From contig JAHFEJ010000002.1 of the NCBI GenBank assembly GCA_023248535.1, positions 2,714 through 66,713 of the forward strand: a stretch of 64,000 bases of DNA, in the 5' to 3' direction. Positions 49,983 through 59,072 of the stretch are shown piece by piece. The notes below the pieces were generated by a model that was not told the DNA's origin, made no database searches, and saw nothing but the letters and a program-made list of their open reading frames with translations. Within the stretch, counting starts at the first letter, position 1; the number at the start of each line of letters is the position of its first letter. Source of the stretch: Nitrospinales bacterium. Its GTDB lineage: Bacteria; Nitrospinota_A; UBA7883; JACRGQ01. A program made the translations under genes and the position numbers.

Positions 49983-51031
49983 AACGGATAGAGCAATACA
50001 TCGCCGCCATCGAGCCGGTGAACACCGCGCGGGATGCTGAAATTCAGACGCACCTCGACAATCTCACCAAGCCGCTCGGCTCGCTGGGGCGCTTGGAGGA
50101 TCTCGCCGCCCGCTACATCAGGGCCACGGATACTTTCCCCCCTCGGCTGAAAAAAAAGGCTATCTACATCATGGCGGCCGACCACGGCGTCTGCGCCGAA
50201 GGGGTGAGCGCGTTCCCGGCGGAAGTGACGCCGCAGATGGTGCTGAACTTCCTGCGCGGCGGCGCCGCCATCAACGTGCTGGCGCGCCACACCGGCTGCG
50301 AAACGGTGGTGGTGGACATGGGGGTCAATTACGATTTTGAAAAAACGCCGGGGCTGATCAACCTGAAGGTCGCCAAAGGATCAAAAAACATCGCCAAAGA
50401 AGCGGCGATGACCGAAAAGGAACTGGAACAGGCCATCTTCGCCGGTATCGGCCTTGCCGAAGAAGCGGCGAAGAACGGCGTTGATATCATCGGCACGGGG
50501 GACATGGGGATCGGCAACACCACCCCCTCCACCGCGCTGTATGCCGCCATGCTGGGGTTGGACCCGGAGGCCATCACCGGTCCCGGCACCGGGCTGGATG
50601 CCGCCGGGGTCGCGCGCAAGGTTGAAGTCCTCAAGCGCATCCTCGCGCTGCACGCGCCGTTCGCCTCGCCGCTTGACGCGCTGCGCAAAGTGGGCGGGCT
50701 GGAGATCGCCGGGCTTACCGGCCTTATCCTCGGCGCGGCGAAACACAAGATACCGGTGGTGGTGGACGGTTTCATCTCGATGGCGGCCGCCATCGTCGCC
50801 ATCCGCAGCGCCCCGCCCATCCATCAGCGCGTATTCTTCGCGCATCTTTCCGCCGAACGCGGGCACCGCCGCATCTGCGAAGAGGTGGGGGTGAAACCGA
50901 TCCTCGATCTCGATATGCGGCTGGGAGAGGGAACCGGCGCCGCGCTTGCCATAGGCATCGTGGAAGCCTCCGTGAAGATATACAACGAAATGGCCACCTT
51001 CGGCAGCGCTGGCGTTTCCACCGCGCTATGA
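49979..51031 (+). CDS. cobT: Nicotinate-nucleotide--dimethylbenzimidazole phosphoribosyltransferase
   Basis: 350 aa. CobT motifs (GDMGIGNTT, GLDAAG). Confidence 0.9.
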   Translation: MKRIEQYIAAIEPVNTARDAEIQTHLDNLTKPLGSLGRLEDLAARYIRATDTFPPRLKKKAIYIMAADHGVCAEGVSAFPAEVTPQMVLNFLRGGAAINVLARHTGCETVVVDMGVNYDFEKTPGLINLKVAKGSKNIAKEAAMTEKELEQAIFAGIGLAEEAAKNGVDIIGTGDMGIGNTTPSTALYAAMLGLDPEAITGPGTGLDAAGVARKVEVLKRILALHAPFASPLDALRKVGGLEIAGLTGLILGAAKHKIPVVVDGFISMAAAIVAIRSAPPIHQRVFFAHLSAERGHRRICEEVGVKPILDLDMRLGEGTGAALAIGIVEASVKIYNEMATFGSAGVSTAL

Positions 51032-51053
51032 GCGGCGGCGCGCGTTTCCGCCG

Positions 51054-51782
51054 ATGCTGAAACCGCTGCACCTGGCCTTTACGTTCCTTACCCGCCTGCC
51101 GCTGCCGCAGGTAAAGGAATACGGCGCGGCCGATTTCGGCGCGTCGTTCGCTTTCTTTCCGCTGGTGGGGGCCGCCATCGGTGGCATGGCGGCGGCGGCC
51201 GCATACGGCCTCATGAAGGCGGGGGCCGATCCGCGCATCGCCGCTTTCACCGCGTTGCTGTTGCTGACACTGCTCACCGGCGGGTTGCATCTCGACGGTT
51301 TGGCCGACTCGGCGGATGGCCTGCTGAGCGGCAAAGGGCCGCAGCGCGCGCTGGAGATCATGAAGGAGCCGTTCACCGGCCCGTTCGGCTACACAGCGAT
51401 TTTCCTCGTACTCATCGGCAAGTTCACGGCGCTCTGGCTGATCTGCGAACAGGGGCGCTTTGAAACCATCGCCGTGGCGCTCGCCTTTTCGCGCTGGAGC
51501 ATGACCGTGGCCGCCTTCAACGCCCGCTACCCGCGCGCCACCGGCACCGGCGCGGCATTTGTTGGAACCTTTTCGGCGGCGACGGTGCTTGCCGCCACGG
51601 CAATTCTTTTAGCGGCGGGGTTCTGTACCGCGCCGGCGAAACTGGCGCTCTTCGCGGGGGCGGCGGCGGCCACCGCGCTGGCGCTGCGGAAGTTTGCCGA
51701 GCGGAAAATCGGCGGCGTGACCGGCGACATCCTTGGCGCGGTGAACGAAACCGCCGAGACGCTCCTCCTGCTGATAGCCTGA
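51054..51782 (+). CDS. cobS: Adenosylcobinamide-GDP ribazoletransferase (cobalamin synthase)
   Basis: 242 aa polytopic membrane protein. GGLHLDGLADSADG motif. Confidence 0.88.
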   Translation: MLKPLHLAFTFLTRLPLPQVKEYGAADFGASFAFFPLVGAAIGGMAAAAAYGLMKAGADPRIAAFTALLLLTLLTGGLHLDGLADSADGLLSGKGPQRALEIMKEPFTGPFGYTAIFLVLIGKFTALWLICEQGRFETIAVALAFSRWSMTVAAFNARYPRATGTGAAFVGTFSAATVLAATAILLAAGFCTAPAKLALFAGAAAATALALRKFAERKIGGVTGDILGAVNETAETLLLLIA

Positions 51783-51946
51783 CGCTTTGCGCTGTTCCGG
51801 GAAATTATTTTGTAATTTCCCGTGCGGTTGATAGTAGAATCCATCCCTTACGTATTTTTTACGTTAAAGTTTGCCACGGAATATTGTTTAGCCGAGCGTG
51901 TTGCGCGGCAGTTCCGCGGAAATGATTTACACCTTGGAGGATTCGC

Positions 51947-52141
51947 ATGAAAAAGTTCCTGACTATCGCTTTCGTGGCCGTTGCTTTCACCTGCTTCACC
52001 GCCCCGGCGTTCGCTGAAGAAGTCAAAGCCGAAGTGAAGGCCGATGCCAAAGCCGACAAAAAAGCGGCCAAGAAAGCCGGCAAAGCGGAAGCGAAGGCTG
52101 AAGTGAAGGCCGAAGAAAAGAAAGCCGAAGAAAAGAAATAA
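51947..52141 (+). CDS. Small secreted Lys/Ala/Glu-rich repeat protein (64 aa)
   Basis: Signal peptide. AEVKA/KADKK repeats. GGAGG RBS. Followed by a strong terminator. Confidence 0.55.
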   Translation: MKKFLTIAFVAVAFTCFTAPAFAEEVKAEVKADAKADKKAAKKAGKAEAKAEVKAEEKKAEEKK

Positions 52142-52165
52142 CCCTCTTTTCGCTGTCTGATTTTA

Positions 52166-52203
52166 CGCCCCGGACCGGCCAACCGCCGCCGGGGCTTTTT
52201 TTT
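52166..52203 (+). terminator. Rho-independent terminator
   Basis: GCCCCGG...CCGGGGC stem followed by T9. Confidence 0.8.
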
Positions 52204-52327
52204 GATAGCGCTGTTTTCAACCGGTGGTTGTTACCACCGGAGACAGATTTTTTCGCCCATTCGTACAAAGTGCAAATATGTTTGGCGGGTGGCCGGACGG
52301 CGCGGTAGACTGCTCCCCATAAACCCG

Positions 52328-53299
52328 ATGAAAAAAATATTCCGGCTTGCGATAGTTGCGGCGCTGATCGCCCTTGCGCCGCCAATGCCGGACGAGGCCC
52401 ACGCCACACAGATATTCGCCGACCAGACCGGTAAAAACTGCGATTACTGCCACATCGGCCGTCCCGACAACCTTGAGTTCACCACCGACGGCAACCTCTT
52501 CGTCCAGAACTATTACCGGCTTCCCGGCGTGGGCGATGGCGCATCGAAGACCGGCCTCGCCGCCGCGCTTGAACGTAAAATCCGCCATCTGCTTTTGGCG
52601 GTTCATGCCGCCGCGGCGGTGGCGCTGGCGGGGACGGCCATCTTTTTCGGCTTTGTGCCGCGGCCGTTGGCGCATGAAGACCTTCCCCAGGGCGAACGCA
52701 AATTCATTTGGACATCGATGGGCCTCGCCATCCTCTGTGGCGGGCTGCTGGTGCCTTTCGTCTACCAGCCGGAGGCCGATTTCTGGCATTCCACCTACGG
52801 CACTTTTCTGGGGCTGAAGATTGTCCTCACCAACCTGCTGGTGTTGCTGATGACGGCCCGGCTGATTGTGGCGCGCCAAACGGCGGGGATCCGCAAAGAG
52901 GCCGGGCTGTTTCTTGCATTGCCCCATTTTTCCCTATCCCAGGCGTTTTCACCCGCCGATCTCAGGCATTTCAACGGCCGTAAGGGACGCCGCGCGCTGA
53001 TCGCCTATCAAGGGAAGGTGTACGATGTCACCGATGCGCGCCACTGGAACGACGGGATCCACATGAACAAGCACGCCGCCGGCGCCGATCTGACCGGCGC
53101 CATCGCCGCCGCGCCGCATGGCGAGGCGGTGCTTCGCGCAGCGAAAGAGGTGGGAACGTACAACCCATCGCTAACCACGCCGGGTTGCGGCGAGTTGCGG
53201 CGGCTCGATGCCCATCTGCGGCGGTTCAATACTTTCTCCCGCGCTTCCGCGGCGGTGGCCGCGGCGCTGGCGGTCACGCTGGCCTTCTGGCATCAATAA
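52328..53299 (+). CDS. Membrane protein fusing an N-terminal mono-heme c-type cytochrome (CDYCH), a multi-TM core and a C-terminal cytochrome b5-like heme/steroid-binding domain
   Basis: Signal peptide. Single CxxCH. At least four TM helices. C-terminal HFNGRKG...AYQGKVYDVTD...W..G.H...H motif of the cyt b5 family. Confidence 0.6.
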   Translation: MKKIFRLAIVAALIALAPPMPDEAHATQIFADQTGKNCDYCHIGRPDNLEFTTDGNLFVQNYYRLPGVGDGASKTGLAAALERKIRHLLLAVHAAAAVALAGTAIFFGFVPRPLAHEDLPQGERKFIWTSMGLAILCGGLLVPFVYQPEADFWHSTYGTFLGLKIVLTNLLVLLMTARLIVARQTAGIRKEAGLFLALPHFSLSQAFSPADLRHFNGRKGRRALIAYQGKVYDVTDARHWNDGIHMNKHAAGADLTGAIAAAPHGEAVLRAAKEVGTYNPSLTTPGCGELRRLDAHLRRFNTFSRASAAVAAALAVTLAFWHQ

Positions 53300-53362
53300 C
53301 CCCATCCGCCGCCGGGGCGGTTCCTGTGTTACAATCAGCAAAATTGCCATAAAAATGCAGTA

Positions 53363-53707
53363 TTGGGGGAATTAATGGAAACGTATTACAATCCCGCGGA
53401 CCTTGGAAAATTTGGCGACATGGGGAAGGATGCCCCGGAGCTGTGGAATGCTTTCATGCAGTGGTACGGCAAGGTTTTTGCCGAGGGGGAACTCACCGCG
53501 CGTGAGAAATCGCTCATCGCCTTGGCGGTCGCCCACGCCGTGCAGTGCCCCTATTGTATCGACGCCTACACCAAGGACTGCCTTGAAAAAGGCTCCAACA
53601 CCGGCCAGATGACCGAGGCAATCCACGTGGCGGCCGCCATACGGGGGGGGGCCTCGATGGTGCACGGAGTGCAAATGCGCAACGCTGCGGAAAAACTATC
53701 GTTTTAA
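53363..53707 (+). CDS. AhpD-like (carboxymuconolactone decarboxylase family) CxxC redox protein, partner of the ArsS-type radical SAM enzyme
   Basis: 114 aa. CPYC motif within an AhpD core. 3 nt upstream of the radical SAM gene. Confidence 0.65.
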   Translation: MGELMETYYNPADLGKFGDMGKDAPELWNAFMQWYGKVFAEGELTAREKSLIALAVAHAVQCPYCIDAYTKDCLEKGSNTGQMTEAIHVAAAIRGGASMVHGVQMRNAAEKLSF

Positions 53708-53709
53708 CG

Positions 53710-54678
53710 ATGCCCGCCACCATTACTCCATTCGACGACGCGCTTAAATCGTGCGGGCTTTACCCGTTGCGCGCCGACGGCATCGCCACCCTGCAGATGA
53801 ATTTGGGCAAAAAATGCAACCAGGCATGCAACCACTGCCACGTCGAGGCGGGGCCGAACCGCACCGAAATGATGGGGGAAGCCGTGATGGACCGCTGCAT
53901 CGCCCTGCTGGAAAGCGAGCGGATACCGGTGCTGGATATCACCGGTGGCGCGCCGGAACTGCACCCGTGCTACCGGGCGTTTGTCGAACGCGCCCGCGCC
54001 ACCGGCGCAACCGTCATGACGCGGTGCAACCTCACCATATTGCGCGAACCGGGGATGGACGACCTTCCCGCGTTTTGGAAGGCGCATAACGTAGCCATCG
54101 TCGTATCGCTCCCCTACTTCCGCCGCGAAGAGACCGATGCGGTGCGCGGCAAGGGGGTTTTTGAAAAATCGGTGGAAGCCCTCAAGCGGCTGAACGAAAT
54201 CGGTTATGGCGTCGAGGGGAGCGGCCTTTCGCTGAACCTCGTTTACAACCCGGCCGGGGCGTTCCTCCCCGCGCCGCAGGAGGCGATAGAGGGGCAATTC
54301 CGCGCGGAATTGAAGAAAAACCACGGCATTTCCTTTAATCACCTGTTCGCCTTGACCAACATGCCAATCGCGCGTTTTAAGGACCACCTCATCCGCAAAA
54401 ACACGCACGAGGGTTATCTGCAACGCCTCGCGGGGGCGTTCAACCCCGGCGCGGCTGAAAACGTGATGTGCCGGTCGATGATCTCGGTTGGATGGGACGG
54501 ATTTTTATTCGACTGCGATTTCAACCAGATGCTCAACCTGCGCGTCAATCACGGCGCACCCTTCCACATCAACGATTGGAACCGGCACGCCCTCGCGGGA
54601 CGGCAGATCGTCACCGGCCCGCACTGCTACGGCTGCACCGCCGGGCAAGGCTCCAGTTGCGGCGGAAAGACTTCTTGA
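53710..54678 (+). CDS. Radical SAM/Cys-rich domain protein of the ArsS (arsenosugar biosynthesis) family
   Basis: CNQACNHC (CxxxCxxC) near the N-terminus. C-terminal Cys cluster CYGCTAGQGSSCGG. Confidence 0.65.
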   Translation: MPATITPFDDALKSCGLYPLRADGIATLQMNLGKKCNQACNHCHVEAGPNRTEMMGEAVMDRCIALLESERIPVLDITGGAPELHPCYRAFVERARATGATVMTRCNLTILREPGMDDLPAFWKAHNVAIVVSLPYFRREETDAVRGKGVFEKSVEALKRLNEIGYGVEGSGLSLNLVYNPAGAFLPAPQEAIEGQFRAELKKNHGISFNHLFALTNMPIARFKDHLIRKNTHEGYLQRLAGAFNPGAAENVMCRSMISVGWDGFLFDCDFNQMLNLRVNHGAPFHINDWNRHALAGRQIVTGPHCYGCTAGQGSSCGGKTS

Positions 54679-54683
54679 AGCGG

Positions 54684-55178
54684 GTGCTCCCCTTTTTTCT
54701 GGCCGCCCTCATGACCGCCGGATGCAGTTACCATCTTGCGGGGCAAGGGAGCAGCCTGCCTGAAAACATCAAAAGCATTGCCATCCCCGTTTTTGAAAAC
54801 GACGTGCAGCAGCCGAACCTCGATATCGCCGTTACGCGCGCCGTGACGGAAACATTCATCAGGGACGGACGACTGGCGGTGGTTGACGGCGGGGCCGACA
54901 GCCTGCTGCTGGGCACCATTAAAAGCTACGCGCTGGAACCGGTGGCTTTTGACACCCTCAACCGGGTTACCCAGTACCGCGTTAAATTGATGGTGAAGGT
55001 CAAATTCACCGATAACACCGGCAAAGGGCTGTCGCTGGAGCGCGACCTGCGGGTGCAGTGGGATTATAATGTTGGCACAGCCATTCCGGTGGCCGAAACC
55101 GCGCGGAACCAGGCGGTTTTGGAAGCGGCCGGCTATCTGGGCGACCGGATCGCCGGCATGATCCTCGACGGTTTTTAA
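54684..55178 (+). CDS. lptE: LptE-like LPS-assembly lipoprotein
   Basis: Lipobox LMTAGC. About 165 aa, the size and pattern of LptE/RlpB. Start codon uncertain: TTG 54675 or GTG 54684, overlapping the upstream stop. Confidence 0.5.
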   Translation: MLPFFLAALMTAGCSYHLAGQGSSLPENIKSIAIPVFENDVQQPNLDIAVTRAVTETFIRDGRLAVVDGGADSLLLGTIKSYALEPVAFDTLNRVTQYRVKLMVKVKFTDNTGKGLSLERDLRVQWDYNVGTAIPVAETARNQAVLEAAGYLGDRIAGMILDGF

Positions 55179-55339
55179 CGGCAAGGAGCGGCGCCATTTC
55201 CCACACTGTCTACGGCAACATATCGGGGCTGCCCCATGCGGCCCTCAAAAGCCTCGAACGCGTTTACCGGCGTAAAATTCCCGCCGGGCAGCTCATTACC
55301 GATGAACTCCTGCTGTACATCGCCAAGCTTTCCTCGGAG

Positions 55340-56833
55340 TTGGGGCGGCAGATAGCCCTGCTGATCGACCGCAAAGGGAAAATCACGCACGTCATTGCGG
55401 GCAACGACCATCAGATCGTCATCCCCAATTTGGGACAGCGCCGCGTGGCCGGCAAACGGCTGGCCGGATACCGTTGTGTGCATACCCACCTGAAAGGGGA
55501 GCCGGTCACGCGGGACGACCTGAACGACCTTCTGCTGCTGCGGCTCGACGCGATGGCCGCCATCGACGTGCGCCCGGACGGCACGGCGGGAAAACTGCAC
55601 CTCGCCCACATCGAAGCGGGCGAAGAGGACCGCTATGCCTCGCACGGCGGGCTTACCCACCCACGGGCCGAAGAGCTGTATCAGGGGCTGATAGAGCGGG
55701 TGGAGCGCGAACTGGAAAAGACCGTCATCGTAAAAAAGGTGGAGACGGAACAGAGCGCGCTGCTGATACACGTCTCGGGCAAGCCGAAGCTGCAAATGGA
55801 CATATCGCTGGACGAGCTGGCCGAATTGGCCCGCAGCGCGGGGATCGCCGTGGCGGGACGGGTGACGCAGCGTCGCGACGTGCCCGATCCGAAATTCCTG
55901 ATGGGGCACGGCAAAATGCAGGAGTTCATGATCAAGGCGCTCTCGCTGGGGGTGGACATGGTGATATTCGATACCGAGCTGACCCCCGCGCAGATAAAGG
56001 CGATTTCCGATTTCACCGACCTGGAAGTGCTCGACCGCACCCAGCTTATCCTCGGCATCTTCGAGAAGCGCGCCACCAGCCGCGACGGCAAGGTGCGCGT
56101 GCAACTGGCGCAGATGAAATACCTGCTCCCCCGGCTGGGCGCGAAAGAATCGGCCCTCTCGCGCATTCGCGGCGGCATCGGCCTGCGCGGTCCCGGCGAA
56201 ACCACCGCCGAAACGCAGCGCCGCCACCTGCAGGGGCGCATCGCCCAGTTTGAAAAGGAACTGGAGAACCTGAAGAACCGCCGCGAACAGAAGCGGAAGA
56301 AACGCGGCCGCTCCGAGGTGAAAACCGTTTCGATACTCGGCTATACCAACGCGGGCAAATCGACGCTCCTCAACCGCCTCACCGGCAGCGACCTGCTGGT
56401 GAAAGACCTTCTCTTCTCCACGCTCGACCCCGCGACCCGGCGGCTCTGGCTGCCGAACGGCAAAGAGGTGGTCATCAGCGATACGGTGGGGCTGATCCGC
56501 AACATGCCCGAATCGCTGCGCGGCGTGTTCCGCGCCACGCTGGAGGAGCTGGCCGAATCCGACCTGCTCATCAACCTGGCAGACATCTCGAACCCCGAAC
56601 TGGATGCACACATGAAAGTCACCGAAGAGATCATCGAGGATATCGGCCTGGCGGAAATTCCCGTCATCACGGTTTTCAACAAAATAGAACTGGCCGACGC
56701 CGAACAGGCCCAAAACATCTGCCGCCGCCACGGCGCGCTCGGCCTCAGCGCCGTCACCGGCGAGGGGCTGGACGAGCTGAAACAGAAGATCAGCGGTGCG
56801 CTCTTTACATTCCCGGGATCAAAGGAGCCATAA
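55340..56833 (+). CDS. hflX: GTPase HflX
   Basis: HflX N-terminal and GTPase domains (GYTNAGKSTLLN, DTVGLI, NKID). Apparent TTG start. Unusual ~100-aa N-terminal extension. Confidence 0.8.
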   Translation: MGRQIALLIDRKGKITHVIAGNDHQIVIPNLGQRRVAGKRLAGYRCVHTHLKGEPVTRDDLNDLLLLRLDAMAAIDVRPDGTAGKLHLAHIEAGEEDRYASHGGLTHPRAEELYQGLIERVERELEKTVIVKKVETEQSALLIHVSGKPKLQMDISLDELAELARSAGIAVAGRVTQRRDVPDPKFLMGHGKMQEFMIKALSLGVDMVIFDTELTPAQIKAISDFTDLEVLDRTQLILGIFEKRATSRDGKVRVQLAQMKYLLPRLGAKESALSRIRGGIGLRGPGETTAETQRRHLQGRIAQFEKELENLKNRREQKRKKRGRSEVKTVSILGYTNAGKSTLLNRLTGSDLLVKDLLFSTLDPATRRLWLPNGKEVVISDTVGLIRNMPESLRGVFRATLEELAESDLLINLADISNPELDAHMKVTEEIIEDIGLAEIPVITVFNKIELADAEQAQNICRRHGALGLSAVTGEGLDELKQKISGALFTFPGSKEP

Positions 56834-56952
56834 ACCACCGAGTCGCAGAGGCACAGAGTTGGAAAACAAGACTCTTATTGCCATCATATTGATATGCTAT
56901 TTCTCCGTGTCTCTGTGTCTCTGTGTCTCTGTGTCTCTGTGTCTCAGTGGTT
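56833..56952. repeat. Palindromic intergenic element copy F with an internal (TCTCTGTG)x5 microsatellite
   Basis: AAACCACCGAGTCGCAGAGGCACAGAG...(GTCTCTGT)n...CTCAGTGGTT. Confidence 0.7.
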
Positions 56953-57043
56953 AAATCCTTCCTGCCGCCGCGCCATTTCCCTTGCGCCGCCGCGCCGTAT
57001 CATTTACCCTTTTCTTAAACAATAACCATAAAGGCAATCCCCA

Positions 57044-57883
57044 TTGAAAAACGAAACGGAATCCCCTTTGCCCGATAACCTGAACGTGGAACAGATACGC
57101 GCCTTCGCGCAACAGGGGGATGTGAACGCGCAATTCCTCATGGCCGAAATGTTACGCACCGGCGAAGGGGTGGAACAGGATTTGATGGAATCGGCCCGCT
57201 GGTTCCGCGCCGCCGCTCATCAGGGGCACGCGTGGGCCGCCAACAATCTCGCGCTGATGCTTCACAACGGGGCGGGGGTGAAACAGGATGCAACCGAGGC
57301 CGCCGAGTGGTTTAAAAAGGCCGCCGAGCAGGGCCTTCCCGAAGCGCAAAGCAACCTCGCGCTGATGCATTGCGCCGGCCACGGCGCGCGGCAGGATTAT
57401 AAAGAGGCAAAGCGGCTGTTCAAGCTCGCCGCCGATGCGGGATTGGCCGAGGCGCAAAACTCGCTCGGCGGCCTGTACTTCAACGGTAACGGGGTTGAAC
57501 AAAGCTATCTCGAGGCGGCCCGCTGGTACGAAGAAGCGGCGGGGAACGGCCACGCCGGGGCCGCCTACAACCTCGCGCTGATGTTCTATAACGGCCACGG
57601 GGTGCGGCAGGATTTCAACCGCGCCACTTCGCTGTTCGAGGAAGCGGCGGAAGGGGGCGTTGCCGAGGCGGCGTACAACATCGGCGTGATGTACCAGAAC
57701 GGCGTCGGCGTGCCGGCCAACGACGAGCGGGCGGTGGAATGGTTTTATAAATCGGGGCAGATATACCTTGCCCACGGCATGCGCGAACCGGCCAGCGAAG
57801 CCGCCAGCGCAATCGAAAGCTCCGTCGCGGGGCATCCGCTGGCCCAAAAGCTGCTCGCCGAAATTTATGGGGACGAGGCATGA
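57044..57883 (+). CDS. Sel1-like repeat (SLR) protein
   Basis: Seven 36-aa Sel1 repeats. No signal peptide. Confidence 0.8.
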   Translation: MKNETESPLPDNLNVEQIRAFAQQGDVNAQFLMAEMLRTGEGVEQDLMESARWFRAAAHQGHAWAANNLALMLHNGAGVKQDATEAAEWFKKAAEQGLPEAQSNLALMHCAGHGARQDYKEAKRLFKLAADAGLAEAQNSLGGLYFNGNGVEQSYLEAARWYEEAAGNGHAGAAYNLALMFYNGHGVRQDFNRATSLFEEAAEGGVAEAAYNIGVMYQNGVGVPANDERAVEWFYKSGQIYLAHGMREPASEAASAIESSVAGHPLAQKLLAEIYGDEA

Positions 57884-58221
57884 GCGAACCGCTTACGCTC
57901 CCCAAATCGCTTGCCGCTTACGGCAGCGAAGCATTCGCCGAAACACTGGCACATGAACTGCTGGATAACCTCTGGAAACTGCCGCTGGAAAAGCTCTGCA
58001 AAAAAGGGGGCTGGCCTTACAAGGACGGCCCGTTCTCGCTGTATGAAATCGACGTGAAAGATGAAGGCGGTGCGCTGCATATTGCCTGCGGCGTCAGCTT
58101 CGAAGAGGCCGTCCCTTCCTGCTGCGCGGGCGGCGGCATCACCGACACCCACATGGGCAACCTCTCGCTCACCATCAACAAATCCACCGCCCTCGCCGAA
58201 GCCAAAGTTGCCGAACTTTAG
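57880..58221 (+). CDS. Hypothetical 113-aa protein translationally coupled to the Sel1 protein
   Basis: ATGA overlap. CCAGGG Cys pair. No recognised domain. Confidence 0.45.
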   Translation: MSEPLTLPKSLAAYGSEAFAETLAHELLDNLWKLPLEKLCKKGGWPYKDGPFSLYEIDVKDEGGALHIACGVSFEEAVPSCCAGGGITDTHMGNLSLTINKSTALAEAKVAEL

Positions 58222-58249
58222 ATTATTTGTGAATTAGTGCGAAGGCCTT

Positions 58250-59059
58250 TTAAAGCCCTACACTAAATAAGTGAGCCATTCTTTTCCCTTTTGCAGAGAA
58301 TACATAGCCGTTCCCATTATCATAAATAATGTTGGCAAGTTGATATTTTTGGATTTCGTCTGCGCTTAAATTCCTACCTCCGTCCTGCAAGACATCATCG
58401 ATTACCTTATTAAACCCATTGAAGAAGTCTACCGTTTTTAACCGGTGGTATTCGGAATCGTTAGCATCAGTCCGACCGGAATCAGGCACCTTGTCTACCT
58501 TCTCCTCATTCCTTTTTTTGCTCTGCTGGCCTACTTCATCTGCCTTTAGCGCCAAGTCGGAAGTGGCCTGAGGATTGGCGGCCATCTCTAAGCTTTTTAT
58601 TTTGTTATTAAGCACTTCAATTGTGGCGTCTTTTTCTTTGATCATGCTTGCCACTTCATGTTTTACCCGTTCCATTTGGACGCGAATTTCATCAGCAGCT
58701 TCTTCTGTTAATAGCTGCTTTTTCTCCTTCTCCTGCTTTATTTTCAACAGTTCTTCCGCTCTATCTTTTGCAAAGGAATATGCCCATTTGGACGGAAAGG
58801 GATATACGAAAATAAAAAACATTGCGGAAATTAAGGGCCCAAAGAACAAATGGATAAACCCTTCCCATGATAATGTCATATAAGAAAATGATTCTATGTT
58901 GGTTATTCGGGCCGAAGCAGTTTCATCACCAATGAACAAAAGCGCGAGAACCTTCCAGTTAATAACTCCCCACGAAAGGATAAAGGCCCCCGACAAAGGG
59001 CTTACAACCCTATCGTAAAGAATAGCCTTGAACGACTTGCTTAATTCTTCAAGCATGGC
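58250..59059 (-). CDS. Membrane-anchored coiled-coil protein of unknown function (low-GC island)
   Basis: Two N-terminal TM helices, a ~100-aa K/E-rich coiled coil and a ~70-aa C-terminal domain. GC about 45%. Confidence 0.5.
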   Translation of the reverse strand, partial: AMLEELSKSFKAILYDRVVSPLSGAFILSWGVINWKVLALLFIGDETASARITNIESFSYMTLSWEGFIHLFFGPLISAMFFIFVYPFPSKWAYSFAKDRAEELLKIKQEKEKKQLLTEEAADEIRVQMERVKHEVASMIKEKDATIEVLNNKIKSLEMAANPQATSDLALKADEVGQQSKKRNEEKVDKVPDSGRTDANDSEYHRLKTVDFFNGFNKVIDDVLQDGGRNLSADEIQKYQLANIIYDNGNGYVFSAKGKRMAHLFSVGL

Positions 59060-59072
59060 TTGACCGAGATGT

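Noticed and set aside
55175-56731. 518-aa ORF on the minus strand antisense to hflX
   Set aside because: Typical GC-rich mirror ORF. It has no domain signatures, while the plus-strand frame carries clear HflX motifs. The same reasoning applies to the long antisense ORFs at 7470-8612, 9005-10792, 14178-15560, 25202-26260, 26303-28225 and 59710-61245.
56880-56945. Tandem TCTCTGTG repeats; possible CRISPR-like array
   Set aside because: 8-bp microsatellite without spacers, embedded in a palindromic element. No cas genes. No CRISPR array is present in the window.
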